Assembly: GCA_043228905.1 (NCBI GenBank) | Contig: JBHGNT010000015.1 | Location: 3,410,001 to 3,474,000, forward strand | From: Azolla caroliniana | Taxonomy: Eukaryota > Plantae > Polypodiophyta | Direction: 5' to 3' | DNA length: 64,000 bases | Part shown: positions 1-12,312 of the stretch, piece by piece | How positions within the stretch are numbered: the first letter of the stretch is position 1 | How the letters are laid out: each line of letters begins with the position of its first letter | Made by a program: the position numbers and the translations under genes | Notes under the pieces: model-generated | What the model was told of the DNA's origin: nothing | The model's input: only the letters and a program-made list of their open reading frames with translations | The model's database searches: none

Positions 1-1570
1 CGATTGTTGTCTCTTTCTCTTTACAAGGTCCACGATCGTGTCATGGAACTCCTTCTTCGTAATGCCAAGCAATTCCCTCAAGGACAAAGTTACGTGGCTA
101 TCAAGAACTCGTTCTTCGAGAATCTTCTTTAGGTCCGTCGTTTGCTCTATGTCCGACCTTAGCTTATAGGTAGGTATAGTCCTTGTCCTCCGAGCGGGGT
201 CTTCGACACCAACCTTCACGGGCCGAACCGTTTCTTCAACTCGTATGTTCGGCTCCCCTTTTCAGCTTGATTCTCGTTCCTCTGTTTGTAAAGGTCGACT
301 CGTCTCCGCATCGTCCTTCTTTTTTGCATTCCTTGTTTCATGTCTTTTTGATGGGCCTTGCTCTTCTATTCTCTTTCTCTTTTCTTCGACGAACACCTCG
401 TGGTTGTCGCACATCACCTCTGCGAGTATGGTGTTGTCGTCCACTGGATCCAACCACCTGGTTATGCTTTGCACGCTTCGGTCCGCAAGCTCTACCTCGT
501 TTGATGTGACTTTTCCCTTCTTCTCATATTCGAGAACGGAAGTCCAGAACTTTGCTCCCGCTCTAGCAGCTTCAGTCTTGTCTTTCCCGACTCTTATTCC
601 GGCCGACGCAGCATAGTGCATCGCATCCACATGAGTCGCATCGGCATCCTCCATAGATTTCTTCCTCTTCCGAAATTCACCCGTAGGGGTCTTCTAGTCT
701 CACTTGAGCAGATCATGTTGTCCTCTATGTATACGATATTTTGTCGAATCGCCTCTCGAAGGCTCGCACAATCCCTTCTCATGTGGTCCATGCTATCACA
801 CCACACGCATCTAAAGGGTTCTTTTCCTTTAGGGCCCCGACGATTCATGTTGGCTAGCGTGACCTTCTCGAACTTCTTCGCTAGCTCTTCAATGATGTCG
901 TCATCAATCTTCTTTTCTTCCACGTTACTTTGTCTCGGCGGCTCAGCTACTTTCGGCGGTCTTGCTTTCTCCGTGGTAGTCGGTCCCGTCAAGTCGGTGT
1001 CATCAACCCATTGGCGATGCTTGTCGAGCCTATTGCATGCTTGCTTCACCGCGATCCAGTTCGGTACGAGCCCATTTGCTTGGGTATCATCTTCGAGAAG
1101 AGTCCCCAACTCCCGTCTATCCTTTATGTCCACGGCCTTCAAGAAGTACAAAGTCTTGTCCTCTTCAAGCAACACTTGGTCCGTATTGGGGAGACGACTA
1201 AACATCTGGTCGAATTCATCGTACACCCTCGAGACGCTCATCTTCTTATTCTTCTTCTCTATCCACTTCATCAGGGCATGTCGAGTCATCCTCGTTGAGT
1301 CTTTAGTCACGAACTCCGCTAGTATCGTTTTCTCGAACTCGGACCATGTTGTCTTACCTTCTTGAAGCTCGATGACGCGTCTTTCGATGTTGTTGGCGAC
1401 AACTCTCTTGAAGCTTGCGATTTGACGTGCCTCAGACACACGAGCTCTACGACACGATCGACAGCCTTTTCCACGCTTGCGTCATTGTCCCGAGATCTCA
1501 TCATTTGCTCGACGATTAGCATCATCCTTTCGAGCTCTCCCGCTTGGTTGCTTGAGGACACCATCTCCAA
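1..1570 (-). pseudogene. gag: gag (frameshifted) with Cx2Cx4Hx4C zinc knuckle, continuing into the pre-protease region
   Basis: ORFs 1319-1570, 594-1439 (CVWCDSMDHMRRDC) and 262-654. Bases 1-180 translate to ...DLKKILEERVLDSHVTLSLRELLG..., homologous to ORF 6711-7427. Confidence 0.8.
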
Positions 1571-1605
1571 GTATTAATCTCGACTTGATCCTTCCTACCG
1601 CCTCT

Positions 1606-1623
1606 TTCACATCGGGTTCACCA
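1606..1623 (-). other. Primer binding site (tRNA-Trp)
   Basis: The minus strand reads TGGTGAACCCGATGTGAA, complementary to the plant tRNA-Trp 3' end (...TTCACGTCGGGTTCACCA) with 1 mismatch. Confidence 0.85.
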
Positions 1624-1631
1624 CTTAATTA

Positions 1632-2507
1632 TGTCGTGAAGATTCGTCACTACACGCGGATCGTGAGGCGGAACCGCCGGGGTTCTGGACCGGAAGGATT
1701 CAAAGTCGGTACAAGCTTTGGCGCAAGCTTTAGCGAGAAAGTACTTAAGATAGATTGGGAAAGAGAGAAGTTGAGATTAAACGATTGAGAGAGATTGAAT
1801 GAACTTTTATCTTTAGATTTAAGAAACAAGTTACTCGATCAATTTGATAACGAATTTCTTCTTCTTAATTTCATAACCCAAAAAACAACGTTTTTTCTCG
1901 TCCCCCTTCATTCTTTTATAGATGCTCTCATGCATATGATGCATGTGAGGGTACAAGACATGCATAAAAAGCATGCTTGCCATTTGGCGCTTATGTATTA
2001 CATGTGGTGCATGATAACCATGTCACTCATTTTAGCTCTCATGTATGAGAATTTACACGTAAAAGTACAATGATAGAAATATAAATTCAACTAAATGGCA
2101 TGGCTTAATGGTAAGCCAATTGACTCCTAATTCGGAGGTGCAAGGTTTGAATCCTTACTTGCCCCCCTTGTATATGTAATATGTATATATATTTATTTAT
2201 ATAGTCGCCGGTTCATCGGATGCCGTCGGTTACCGGTGCCTCGCCGGATGCCATCGTCTCACCGGCTCCATCGCCGGTCCGGTTTTGGTTGGCCAAAACC
2301 CTTTACGAGTAGCTAGCCCACCTCCACTCTTAGTTCAAGTTACCTTGAACTCTCTATGCTCCACACATAGACATAAAGATAATATCTTTTGCTCTACCTT
2401 ATATATGATGAGAGCCATATTTGTCGTGCCTATGTGGGATATCTCACAATTTTCTCTTTTCCTTTCACAAACTTTATACCCTCATATCTTGACATTTAGT
2501 TGTCCGT
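1632..2507 (-). repeat. 5' LTR of element 1, left portion (continues at 9539-9697)
   Basis: Starts with TG next to the PBS and has a minus-strand TATA near 1915-1922. It is split by element 2 at TSD CCGT. Confidence 0.75.
2094..2166 (+). pseudogene. tRNA-derived sequence (Arg-CCT-like) with Pol III A/B boxes, inside the LTR
   Basis: A-box TGGCTTAATGG (2101), D-stem GCTT/AAGC, loop containing TCCTAA, T-arm CAAGG-TTTGAAT-CCTT, and partial acceptor pairing GGCA/TGCC. Confidence 0.6.
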
Positions 2508-3160
2508 TGTCGCGTTACTACGCGCGTGCGTGGAGAAACGAGGCGAGACCATCGGGGTCTTGAACTGAAGAGCAGGTGATAGAAGGGGAAAGAGAAAGAG
2601 AGAGACGCCCTGTCACGTATGAGTAAGAAACACACGGGGGGGACGGCCCGTCAACACAGACGACGCGAAGGGACACAGAGATAGGGGACACAAGTGTTTG
2701 TATATTAACGAGTAACAGAATACACAACAGAGCACGCGAGTGGTTACAACCGAACAGGCCGGCGAACAGATGCCGATGCTTGTTCGTCTGCGCACGAGAA
2801 GGGGAAAAGGGTGGAGGTGCTGCCGGAAGCACACGGGCGTTCCTCGAAGCAGTGCGAGCCTCCCGTAAACCTGCAGAGAAGGGTGATGGAGAACGAACAG
2901 AGGAGAAGCGTCTGGTTCCGGTCCGACAGCAGTTCGTCCTCGTTAATGCGCGATCCCTTTCTCCCTGTGTCTGCCTCTCCTTTATAGCGTCAAGAAGGGA
3001 GCCGTCTCCCTCATTTACTTCCTACGTACCGAATCTAACTGCCCAGGATATCTCTATGTACCTAATTCTCTATTATATACATTAAGAGCGCGCGCACGTG
3101 AAAGGCCGGTTCATGGGCGCTATTCATTGATTGCGCCAAGGGACGGTTTTCTTCACGACA
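2508..3160 (-). repeat. 3' LTR of element 2
   Basis: Direct repeat of 8882-9534. The adjacent minus-strand PPT reads TTAGGTGGGGGCGGA. Confidence 0.95.
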
Positions 3161-4441
3161 TCCGCCCCCACCTAACCGCGCATCCACCGGTATGCGCCAA
3201 AATTGGGTTCTGGTTGGAGAAACCCAGTCCGAGTTCCGTTTCTTCGTCCATCGGTTCGCCCTCCATTTCGGATTGTTCGTCTTCGCTGTCTAGGCCTCTT
3301 AGATCCGGTTCGTCGTCGTGGCGCTTCTTGAACGCTTTGATCCGCTTCCCTGCTACCGGCATCGCCATCCTCGTACCGTCGAGTTCCGCCAGGTGATACG
3401 TCCCATTGTCGTTGGCGCTCGTTACCACGTAAGGTCCGAACCACCGCTTCGCAAACTTCCGTGTTGCTCGGTGGTGGTTGTCGAGGCTGCTGTCGTAGAC
3501 TAGCACCCAGTCGCCTTCCTCGATTTTCTTCGGTCGAACCGGGCTTTGTTCTTCATCCTCGCCGTCCGAAGTCTCTCCGCCGCTCGTTCCACATCCTTTG
3601 GCCTCCGCTCGAGTTGCCGTATACGCGCCGCTAGTAGTTCTTCCCGGCTCATCTCGTCTCTCCAGTCCACTGTCGCCCAAGAGGAGATTGTCCGTTCCAT
3701 CGGCATGATCGGCTTTTGTCCGAACATGAGCTCTGACGGCCTGAACCCTGTTACCGAATTGTGTGTTGTCCTGTCCGCCCACAAGGCATAAGGTAACAGC
3801 CGTGGCCAGTTCCCGACCTGGCCTCCGCATGCCCGGACTAGCGCTTTGACAATCGGTCCGTGTCCGCGCTCCACCTTCCCGTTCGCCTCCGGATTGTACG
3901 CTATGGTGAGCGAGAGCTTGACCCCTAACCGGTCGAACAACTCCTCAGCCTCTTCGGCGTCCAACTCCTCGCGGTCAGCCACAATCTTCCCGACGCACCC
4001 GTACCGACATATCACGTCCTCTATCAGGAATCGACACACGACCGCGGTTGTTTTGTTCTGCAGGGCTCAGCCTTCCACCTGGTTCGTCAGGTCCTCCCGG
4101 GCCAGCACCAGATATCGCATCTGCCCTACGCCCATCGGCATCATCACCAAATCTACCATCCATTTGAAGTGGATGGACGGAGGGTAAGTGGGGTGAAGCT
4201 CGTCCTGATGTCGGACTATGGAGTGCATCTGACAGCTCTCACAAGTTGTCACGAACCGATGCATGTCCCGGTAAAGTCCCGGCCACCAGTACTTCCCCTT
4301 TAGTTTCTCAAACGTGGCCCACGTCCCACGGTGTCCAGCCCAGGGGCTGTCGTGGTAGGCTTTTAGCAATTCCTCATGTTCCTCCTTCATCGCCACTACT
4401 TGGAGCGGGATGCCGTTCCTCTTCTTTGGGTGCTTCCACAA
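3153..4441 (-). pseudogene. pol: Integrase (HHCC, core, C-terminal GPY region), frameshifted
   Basis: ORFs 4067-4441 (H..GHRG..CESCQ), 3500-4039 (YNPEANGKVERGH) and 3153-3830 (RWFGPYVV). No chromodomain. Confidence 0.9.
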
Positions 4442-4462
4442 GTATCCGTCCCGGAGAAAGAA

Positions 4463-6480
4463 TCAGTACGCTTTCTTCCGGATCCAGTTGGCCTCGTCCC
4501 TTGTCCATGATGCGTCCGGCATCATTGTCCTTAAGAATCCCCCAATCTGCAGCCACTCCTCGTCGTACTTGCTCTCGTTGAAATCGTTAAGCGCCGGAGT
4601 GCTTCCCCCCTCGGTTGTTACGTAAGCCGCTTCGAAGAAGTCTACGCCGACTTCCTCGTCCTCCGAAACCATGCCGCCCTTGTCGTTGAATCGCGACCTC
4701 GAAAGCATGTCGTCCATGGCATTGTCTTTCCCGGAAATGTGTCGTATTTCCGGATCCAGGGACTTGATGTACGCTATCCACTTGAGCATCGCCAGGTCCG
4801 GGGTTGCGCATCCGGAAACCATGCCGAGAATCGGCAGGCAGTCCGTCTCGATAATGAACTCTGTCCCAATTAGGTAGTCTTTATCGGCCTTTACCGCCGA
4901 AACGATACCCCAGAGTTCGCGCTTAACCTGGGCGTATCCTCGTTGTCGCTCGCTGAGGACCTTCGCGCCAAACCGGATTGGGAACCGAATGCTGTCCTCA
5001 TCTTCTTGGTTGACGACCCATCCGATCCCGGTCGGACTCGTATCTACCGTTATGTAGACGGGAGTGCCTTTCTCGTAGACAGCCTTCTGGAGTGCCGGAG
5101 CTGCAGCAAGAGCCTCCTTCATCTTTCGCACCGACTCCGTATGCTTGTCTCGCCACTCGAATTTTCGCCCCCTTTTCAGCAACCCGTATAGCGGCTCGGC
5201 AACGTGGCGTAATGCGGGATCCATATGTGTTAGAACGCGCATGCTCCCAAGAACCTCCGTACCTCCGTGACCGAGTTACAGTCGGGCTTCATTGCGGAGA
5301 TGGCTTCCACCGTTGCCGGAGACAGTTTTCCGCCATACGGTCCGCATAGATGTCCGACGACCATGATCTCTGATTGCCCGAAGGCCGATTTTTCCTCGGA
5401 GAAGGTGAGCCTCGCATCCTCTAGCCTCTGCAGCACCCTCTCGCAGTCGTCAATGTGTGTTGCCACGAATTTCCGGCATCCGTCCGGTCCGATCGTTTCT
5501 TCCTTTTTTTCCACCGGACATCCTTTGATCGGGATGTCGTCCAAGAATGGCATGGTGATGTCCGGGATACAATCCCTCAGCACCTTGTTCATCGCATTCA
5601 CCATGTGGGCCACCGAGTTCGTCCCTCCTTGTGGCAGGGTACACATCCGCACTAGGCCGAGAGGAGTCCGCATCGTGGTAATGTCTCTGCTCTCTACGGC
5701 TAGTTGGAACTGATCGTACCCTGAGTACAGATCTCCGACCGAGTAGATCGCCCTTCTGGCGAAGGCCTCTGCGAACTCGTCTATCGTTGGTCCGATTCCT
5801 GCGTTTCGAATGGTCACTTTGTTGACCGGTTGCAGGTCTTGAATGAAGCGCAACGTCCCGTTCTTCTTCGGTACTGTAAACCACCGGTTTGAGTACGGGG
5901 CACTCGACGGTTCGAGGATGCCCATATCGATTTTCTACCTCAACAGCTCCATCAGCTCCGGGATGTGAGCTCTCGGTACCGGAATTGGTTTGAGATTCCA
6001 CGGCACATGCGGTACCGTGAATATCACCATCGGTTTTACGACTGTCTGGTCTACGCACCCGATTTCTTCCGGTGAGAATGCGAAGGCTTTCCCGTGCCTT
6101 CCGAGCATTCTCCGAAATCGGTCTTCTTCCACCGGCAGTAGGAACTCGCCCCCACCGATTTTGAGCTCCCGTAGCGTTCTGTCGGTGAAGGTGTGTCCTA
6201 TGCAGGCCGGATCACATAAACTGGGGTCCGACGCGACCCCCTCGATTCGCAACTCGCTGCCCTCCGGTAAGGGTGCCGCGACTGGCCTTACCTTCCGGTC
6301 CATAGTCTTGTACTTTGTGTTAACCCGGGCCGTCCGATCCGACTCGAGCCGTCGACCGAAGTCCGCGATGACTTCATACATCTCTTCTGAACAAACCGGT
6401 ATCGTCCGGTCCTCTTTAAGGCCCTCTCCGACCACCTCTCGCAGTATTCCCAAGGTATCGTCGAAGGAGACCGCCTCCAC
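4463..6480 (-). pseudogene. pol: Reverse transcriptase + RNase H, frameshifted
   Basis: ORFs 5935-6480, 5230-5925 (DLYSGYDQ, LPQG, FLDD) and 4463-5242 (VDTSPTGIG, ETDC). Confidence 0.92.
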
Positions 6481-6710
6481 AGCTCCGTTGATTTCCTCGC
6501 TGGGCCCGAGAACTCCGCACGCCCGAAGTCGCTCTTCCGCCCTTGTCTTTTCTTGGCCTATGACGCCGACTATCGTACACCCTCCGTTGTCGGAGAAACA
6601 AAACTTCCTACCTATGGTACAAGGTTTCTTCGGTTTTGCTTCTATCGTACACTTGTGGGGTTTTCCCGGAGTGTCCGGACTGTCGCGGCCCCACGCTTTG
6701 GCAGCCCTCT

Positions 6711-7427
6711 CTAAATATCCTCTCGGTTCTCGCCACCGAGGGACTCGCGGTTTCGCTCATGGTTCGGTCGCACCGTCAGGAACTGGACCGAATGACGCCT
6801 GTCCTGACTCTTGACCCTCGCGTAAGCCGACCCGTTGTCCAACACCTTGGTCTCCATTCGCGCTGCCATTATGTACGGTTCTCCCAGTATGATCGGGTGC
6901 GAGGACGTCTCCTGCACAAAGAAGTGTTGGTCTATCTCGACGTCGCCAATCTTGACTCGCACGTTTGGGCAGGCCCCGTGTAGTTCCTCGGTGGCGCGCA
7001 TCGCCGCTCGTATCTTCCACCCGTGCTTAGTGTTGATCGGCCATTTCCCCTTCTTGTAGAAGTCCATGGACATCAGATTTATTTCCGAACCGTGGTCCAC
7101 CAGCGCCACCACCGGTTCCTGAACATCTCTGATCTTCACCGGGGTTTCCGTGGTCGCTCGGGCCCAGTGTGACCTCGAATAGTGGCTCTCCGCCCACTCG
7201 TCTTCCAGCGCCATGTCCTCTATGTGCGCCGTCCGCACTTCCACCGGCCTCTCCGGTTCTGCCTCTGTCGACAGCCTCTTCCTCTTCACCAAGTCCACGA
7301 TGGAGTCGTGGAACTCCTTCTTGGCGATCCCGAGCACCTCCCGCAACGACAGTTCCACCTTGCTGTCAAGGATTCGTTCTTCCAAGACCTTTCGTAGGTC
7401 CGTGGTCCTTTCGATCTCCGTGCCCAA
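6711..7427 (-). pseudogene. Aspartic protease region
   Basis: LVDHGSEINLM catalytic-like motif and IILGEPY. Confidence 0.8.
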
Positions 7428-7553
7428 ACGGTATCCGCCCTTCTTGTGGTTATCCCAGGCACTGGACTCACCGGGCTCGTTCCGTTTCGGCCTGAATCGG
7501 GTTTCGTATCTCTGTGAGGGCCCGACCCCTCCGATCTTACCTACCCGTTTGTC

Positions 7554-8864
7554 TTAAACCAGAGCCTCGTAGTTCTGGCAAGCTGCTTTGACGAAACCCG
7601 TCTTTTCTTCGACCGGGTCACTCCACCCGGTTACCTCCTGGACCCGCTTCTCCGCGCGGTCCGCCTTGTCTCTCTTCAGTCGAGCACCAGCGAGGCCTTC
7701 CAGCACCGTCGACCAGAACTCGGCTTTGCTCTCCTTCCGGGCCCCGCTGCCCCCGACCCGAATACCGGCTGACGCTAAGTAGTGGACGATCTCCGCGTGC
7801 CGGGCTGCTGCCTCTTCCATCAGCCTTTTCATTCCCCCTCTCCCGTCGTTTCGGTTCAAGGCCCTCCGGGTATCACTGGCGTGCACCCGACCTTCCCACA
7901 GGTACACTACCCGGCTTCTCAAAGCCTCCATAAAGTTCCCGCAGTCTTTTCGGATGTGGCCGACCTCGTCGCACCACATGCACCTACTTCCTATCGGAGC
8001 CCATCTGTCACGAGCCTGATCGCCGCCTTCCCTCCGAGCCTGGGTGATCTGGAGATCCTTTACCGCCCGTGTCAACTCCTCCAGAGCTGTTCCCCCGGAC
8101 GAGCCTCTGATCACGCCGGTCGAAGACGAACCGGTTTCGAACCAGTCCCGGTTCTCTTCCCTTCGCGCCTGTGGTACCGGTTCGAGCTTCCTTGCCGCGA
8201 CAGGTCCCGCCCCGGTCGCCTCTATATCAACCCACTCCCACCGTTTGTCAAAACGGCCGCAGACTCTCTTTACCGCAGCTCAATCGGTTGTCAGCCCGTC
8301 TTCGGTTTCCAGTAAGGAGCCAACTTGCCCCCGATCCTGTGCGTCAACCAATTTGACAAACAGTAGGACAGGACTTGTGTCCAGAACGGTCCGATCGAGC
8401 GCCGAAAGGCGCGCAAAGCGTTCCTCAAACTCCTGGAGGAGTACCGACGCATTTCTTCCTTTGTTGGGGGACTCCACCCACTCCATGAAGCTCCGCTTCG
8501 AAAGTCGAAGCGCGTCATCCAGCCCATATTTCTCCAGGAGCCGTCCTTCGAACTCCTCCCAGGTCCGGCTCTCCGCCCGGACCTCGAGCACCTCCGCATG
8601 GATGCCTGGCATCGCCAGTCGAGGGAATCCGGCAAGACGCCTCTCTTCCGGAATATCCCTCATCAACATCTCCGCCCGATAGGACACCAAATAACTCGTG
8701 GCATCCTTTCCATTGAACCGGCTGATCATACCGACGATCGCCTCAATAGCCCTGTCAAGGGCGCCGGTGCCCTCGCGCGCGCTCACTATCCGGTGCACGG
8801 CCGAAGCCATGGCCTCTGCAAGATCCGACCCCCTCATCTTCTGCTCCTCTACGGCCTGTTTCAC
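7554..8864 (-). pseudogene. gag: gag of element 2 (internal stop)
   Basis: ORFs 8280-8864 and 7554-8114 (CMWCDEVGHIRKDC knuckle), starting right after the PBS. Confidence 0.85.
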
Positions 8865-8881
8865 GTCGAGTTCACCAAATG

Positions 8882-9534
8882 TGTCGCGTTACTACGCGCG
8901 TGCGTGGAGAACGAGGCGGGACCACCGGGGTCTTGAACCGAAGAGCAGGTGATAGAAGGGGAAAGAGAAAGAGAGAGACACCCTGTCATGTATGAGTAAG
9001 AAACACAGGGGGGGCACGACCCGTCAACACGGACGACGCGAAGGGACACAGAGATAGGGAGACACAAGTGTTTGTATATTAACGAGTAACAGAATACACA
9101 ACAAAGCACGCGAGCGGTTACAACCGAACAGGCCGGCGAACAGATGCCGATGCCTGTTCGTCTGCGCACGAAAAGGGGAAAAGGGTGGAGGTGCTGCTGG
9201 AAGCACACGGGCGTTCCTCGAAGCAGCGCGAGCCTCTCGAAAACCTGCAAAGAAGGGCGATGGAGAACGAACAGAGGAGAAGCGTCCGGTTCCGGCCCGA
9301 GAGCAGTTCGTCCTCCTTAATGCGCGATCCCTTTCTCCCTACGTCTCCCTCTCCTTTATAGCGTCAAGAAGGGAGCCGTCTCCCTCATTTACTTCCTACC
9401 TACCGAATCTAACTGCCCAGGATATCTCTATGTACCTAATTCTCTCTTATATACATTAAGAGCGCGTGCACGTGAAGGGCCGGTTCATGGGCGCTATTCA
9501 CCGATTGCGCCAAGGGACGGTTTTCTTCACGACA
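8882..9534 (-). repeat. 5' LTR of element 2
   Basis: Direct repeat of 2508-3160. PBS TGGTGAACTCGACGTGAA at 8860-8877. Confidence 0.95.
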
Positions 9535-9697
9535 CCGTTTCTCGTGTAATAAAGTGCATTCGAAACCTCCATCATTTTGTACTTAGATATTAAATTTATT
9601 TAAAATGTTATCTTCACAATTATTGCACTATGTGATTTATACTCGATTTTGTACGTTTTATGGGATTTTCACACTATTGCCGAAAATCTTCACGACA

Positions 9698-10373
9698 CCG
9701 CAACCGCGCACTACGCAATAACGCGTGGATTCCGCAACCACACAACGAAGTAGGGAAGAGCCTATCTACCGCGAAAAGCCGCGAAGAAAGACGCAAGCCG
9801 AAGCATAGACTTCACAACTACGCACGCAAGCCGAAGCACAGACTTCGTAACTACGCACAACGCAAGCTGGAGCATGGATTCCACAACTCCGCATAAGACA
9901 AGTCGACGCGGACTCCGGAATGCGAGTTGAAGCGGATTTCGGATACCGTCTGAAGCCGACCCGACTTGAGCTTGAGGGGGCGTGTTGAGAATCAAGCTCA
10001 ACTTGGTCTAGTGTGTGAACTCACCTTGAGAGTGAAGAGACACTCCAACGGTCAAGAGTCACCATTATGTCACCACTTTGTATTCTAGCATTTAGTATGA
10101 GTCATAGAATCATATTCTATGACACATAACTTATGAGCTTTCACATTCCCCATGCTCCATGAGTCTTGTAGTTAATGAAGAGAGAGGGTGACTATATAAA
10201 ACACCCTCCTCCCACTTTGTATAATGTTGAGTCTTTCTCCTTTGTTAATATACTGTTACCTTGCGTATTCTCTGTGTCTTATTCCTTGTCTCTCTCACTC
10301 TCTCTCTCTCTCATACACACACATAACTCATATCTCTTCCTCTTTACAAGAATCCATCTCTTGATTCTTTACA
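9698..10373 (+). mobile_element. 3' end of a Copia element: 3' UTR, PPT and 3' LTR (~9983-10373)
   Basis: GAGCTTGAGGGGGCG|TGTTGAG matches the PPT/LTR junction of the Copia at 27858-33392 (GAGCTTGAGGGGGAG|TGTTGAG). TATA near 10193, a (CT)n run, and a likely end at ...CTTTACA. Confidence 0.65.
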
Positions 10374-10874
10374 CCCTTCTTTTCCTTCTTTCCACCAGTA
10401 GGGGTGTAGCTTATATAGGGTGGTTAACCCCCCTACCACCCTCTTGAGGCGGTTGGTATTTTTTTATTTGATTTATTTATTTTTATTTACTATTATTTTA
10501 TTTATTGATTCTACAAATTTGGTTTTGTAGTTGTACATTTGAGAAATTATAGAAATAGCCCTCATTTAATTTTGATTCCCCCTTTTGACATAATTATATT
10601 TGTGTCCCGAGTAACATTAATCCTTCTAAAGCTTGTATCTTGGGCTCCTAAACTCCAATTCACGAACCGAAAATTTGCACATGATCCTCGTCATAAGCTC
10701 CATATAGGAAATTTATTTTTATAGATTTTTGACATTGTTTTGACATCGTGAAGCAATAACTTCACGACAACGCATTGCACACGATTGTAATGAAAGTTTC
10801 CCACGAAGTAGGGAGACTACTCATAAGTAGCATTGCTTTTAGTTCATCCTCGATAGTCGTTGAGGTGTGCCTAG

Positions 10875-11205
10875 ACCAAGTCAGACTCTTTCATCCGAAG
10901 GTTATAAAGGTGCCGAATTAGGTATATCTTGGTGGCGGTGACCTTCTTCTCGTAAGTGTCCGAAAGTGTCACACTTCCTTAATTGGAAGGCAGTCGAACA
11001 CGATTGCATCATGACGTACACAGACTCTGATAGGTGCATCTGAATGGTGGCTCGGACGATTCTATCGAGCTTTTCCTACTCAAGCGGCTTGTATCCTTCT
11101 CGAGGGTCTTCATTCTCAATGGGGTCAATTTGCCCCTTGACTATTAAATAGTCATGCATCTGCTCCTTTTAGAAGTTGAAGTTCGATCTATCGAACTTCC
11201 TTAGA
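10875..11205 (-). pseudogene. gag: Copia gag N-terminal fragment
   Basis: Manual translation KFDRSNFNF*KEQMHDYLIVKGQIDPIE...KLDRIVRATIQMHLSESV...YEKK...KIYLIRHLYNLRM resembles the gag at 37699. Confidence 0.75.
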
Positions 11206-11735
11206 CTCATCTTTGACGAGCCGGATGTTGATGCCATCTGTGTTTGTTTAATAGGCTTTGTTCGAAGTCAGCTACAAACTGTGGTGGAGTGCAACAGCCT
11301 AGCTCACTCGATGTCGTTCTAGCTGGAGTTGGACACAAGTCGTGTCGGTTTCCAATATAGATGATCCTGTTCAGAGTGACTACAGTCAACTGACTTAGTT
11401 GAATTGAACCCGGATTTGATTGTTTGATTTCGAATGTCGATTTTCCTAGATTTCCCAACACGGATTATGTGTGATTCTCCAGGCCCATTCTGTTTCGAGT
11501 AATTGCAACGTTGAGAGGGATGGAGCCAACTGGTCCTCCCGAATGTCGTTCAACCGAATGAAACACAATTGGGGTTGCCCTTGGAGTCGTGTTTGCTTTG
11601 AGTGGTTACGGCGAGTGAGGGGATAACGTTGTCATAGTGTAATTCGCACACTACGCGAAATATGTAAAAAAATATATCTGATTGTAGTACGCATAAATAA
11701 ATAAAAGAAAATATTAAAAATATTGTTACATGCAT

Positions 11736-11796
11736 AGGGCAAGATTTGAACCCTATACCTCCATGTTAATGATTTTAAGCCTTACCACTGTACTAG
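11736..11796 (-). other. Degenerate tRNA-like A/B-box sequence inside the LTR of element 3
   Basis: The minus strand reads TAGTACAGTGGTAAG...GGAGGT...GGTTCAAATCTTGCCC, colinear with 2101-2165. Confidence 0.45.
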
Positions 11797-12312
11797 CATA
11801 TTATGAGTTTTAAAGTTATACTAAACTTTATCCCATGTAAATATTCTAGATATGCATGATAGAAAAAGTTATTCATGCATACACACTCGAGTTAAAAGAA
11901 AAGATGTGATAGAAAGCTAATCATGCACATGTAGTGTGCATGAAAACTAAAGTTAGAAAAAGTATGATGCTTGCATGTGATAAACTTAGACTCTTCCATC
12001 ACTATATAAGGAAGAGAGAAAGATGTATATGGTTGTTGATTTTTTATAAGGATTGATTAATATAAAAATATTCATGGGATTCATGATTTTGCCATTTATT
12101 TCTCTCTTACAATCTAAGTATCAATTAATACACTATACTCGTGGGATTCACGATTTCTTCTTCTTGCAATCTTTTCCTAACTAGCATTATATCATATTCT
12201 TCTTTCTCCTAGTCCAAGACCCCAGCGGTTCCCACCCGACTCACGCAAATGATCCGGTGCCGAAAGGCACGACACAAGTGGTGAACCGATGTGAAACCCG
12301 GGTGGCAAGGAG

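Larger units (their letters stand above)
2508..9534 (-). mobile_element. Full-length degenerate Ty3/Gypsy element 2 (tRNA-Trp PBS, non-chromovirus)
   Basis: Two 653-bp LTRs (2508-3160 and 8882-9534, TG...CA) and a 4-bp TSD CCGT (2504-2507 / 9535-9538). PBS at 8860-8877, PPT at 3161-3175, domain order gag-PR-RT-RH-INT. Confidence 0.95.
1..9697 (-). mobile_element. Ty3/Gypsy element 1 (tRNA-Trp PBS family), 5' part; its 5' LTR is interrupted by element 2
   Basis: The LTR termini TGTCGTGAAGATT (1632) and AATCTTCACGACA (ends 9697) form a 13-bp inverted repeat. The PBS is at 1606-1623 and gag ORFs lie at 262-1570 on the minus strand. The element runs off the left edge of the window. Confidence 0.8.

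Noticed and set aside
2488-2494. CTTGACA as the end of the element 1 LTR
   Set aside because: The 13-bp terminal inverted match at 9685-9697 and the CCGT TSD better support an LTR interrupted by element 2.
616-8952. Numerous plus-strand ORFs over the Gypsy elements
   Set aside because: They are antisense shadows of GC-rich retroelement coding sequence.
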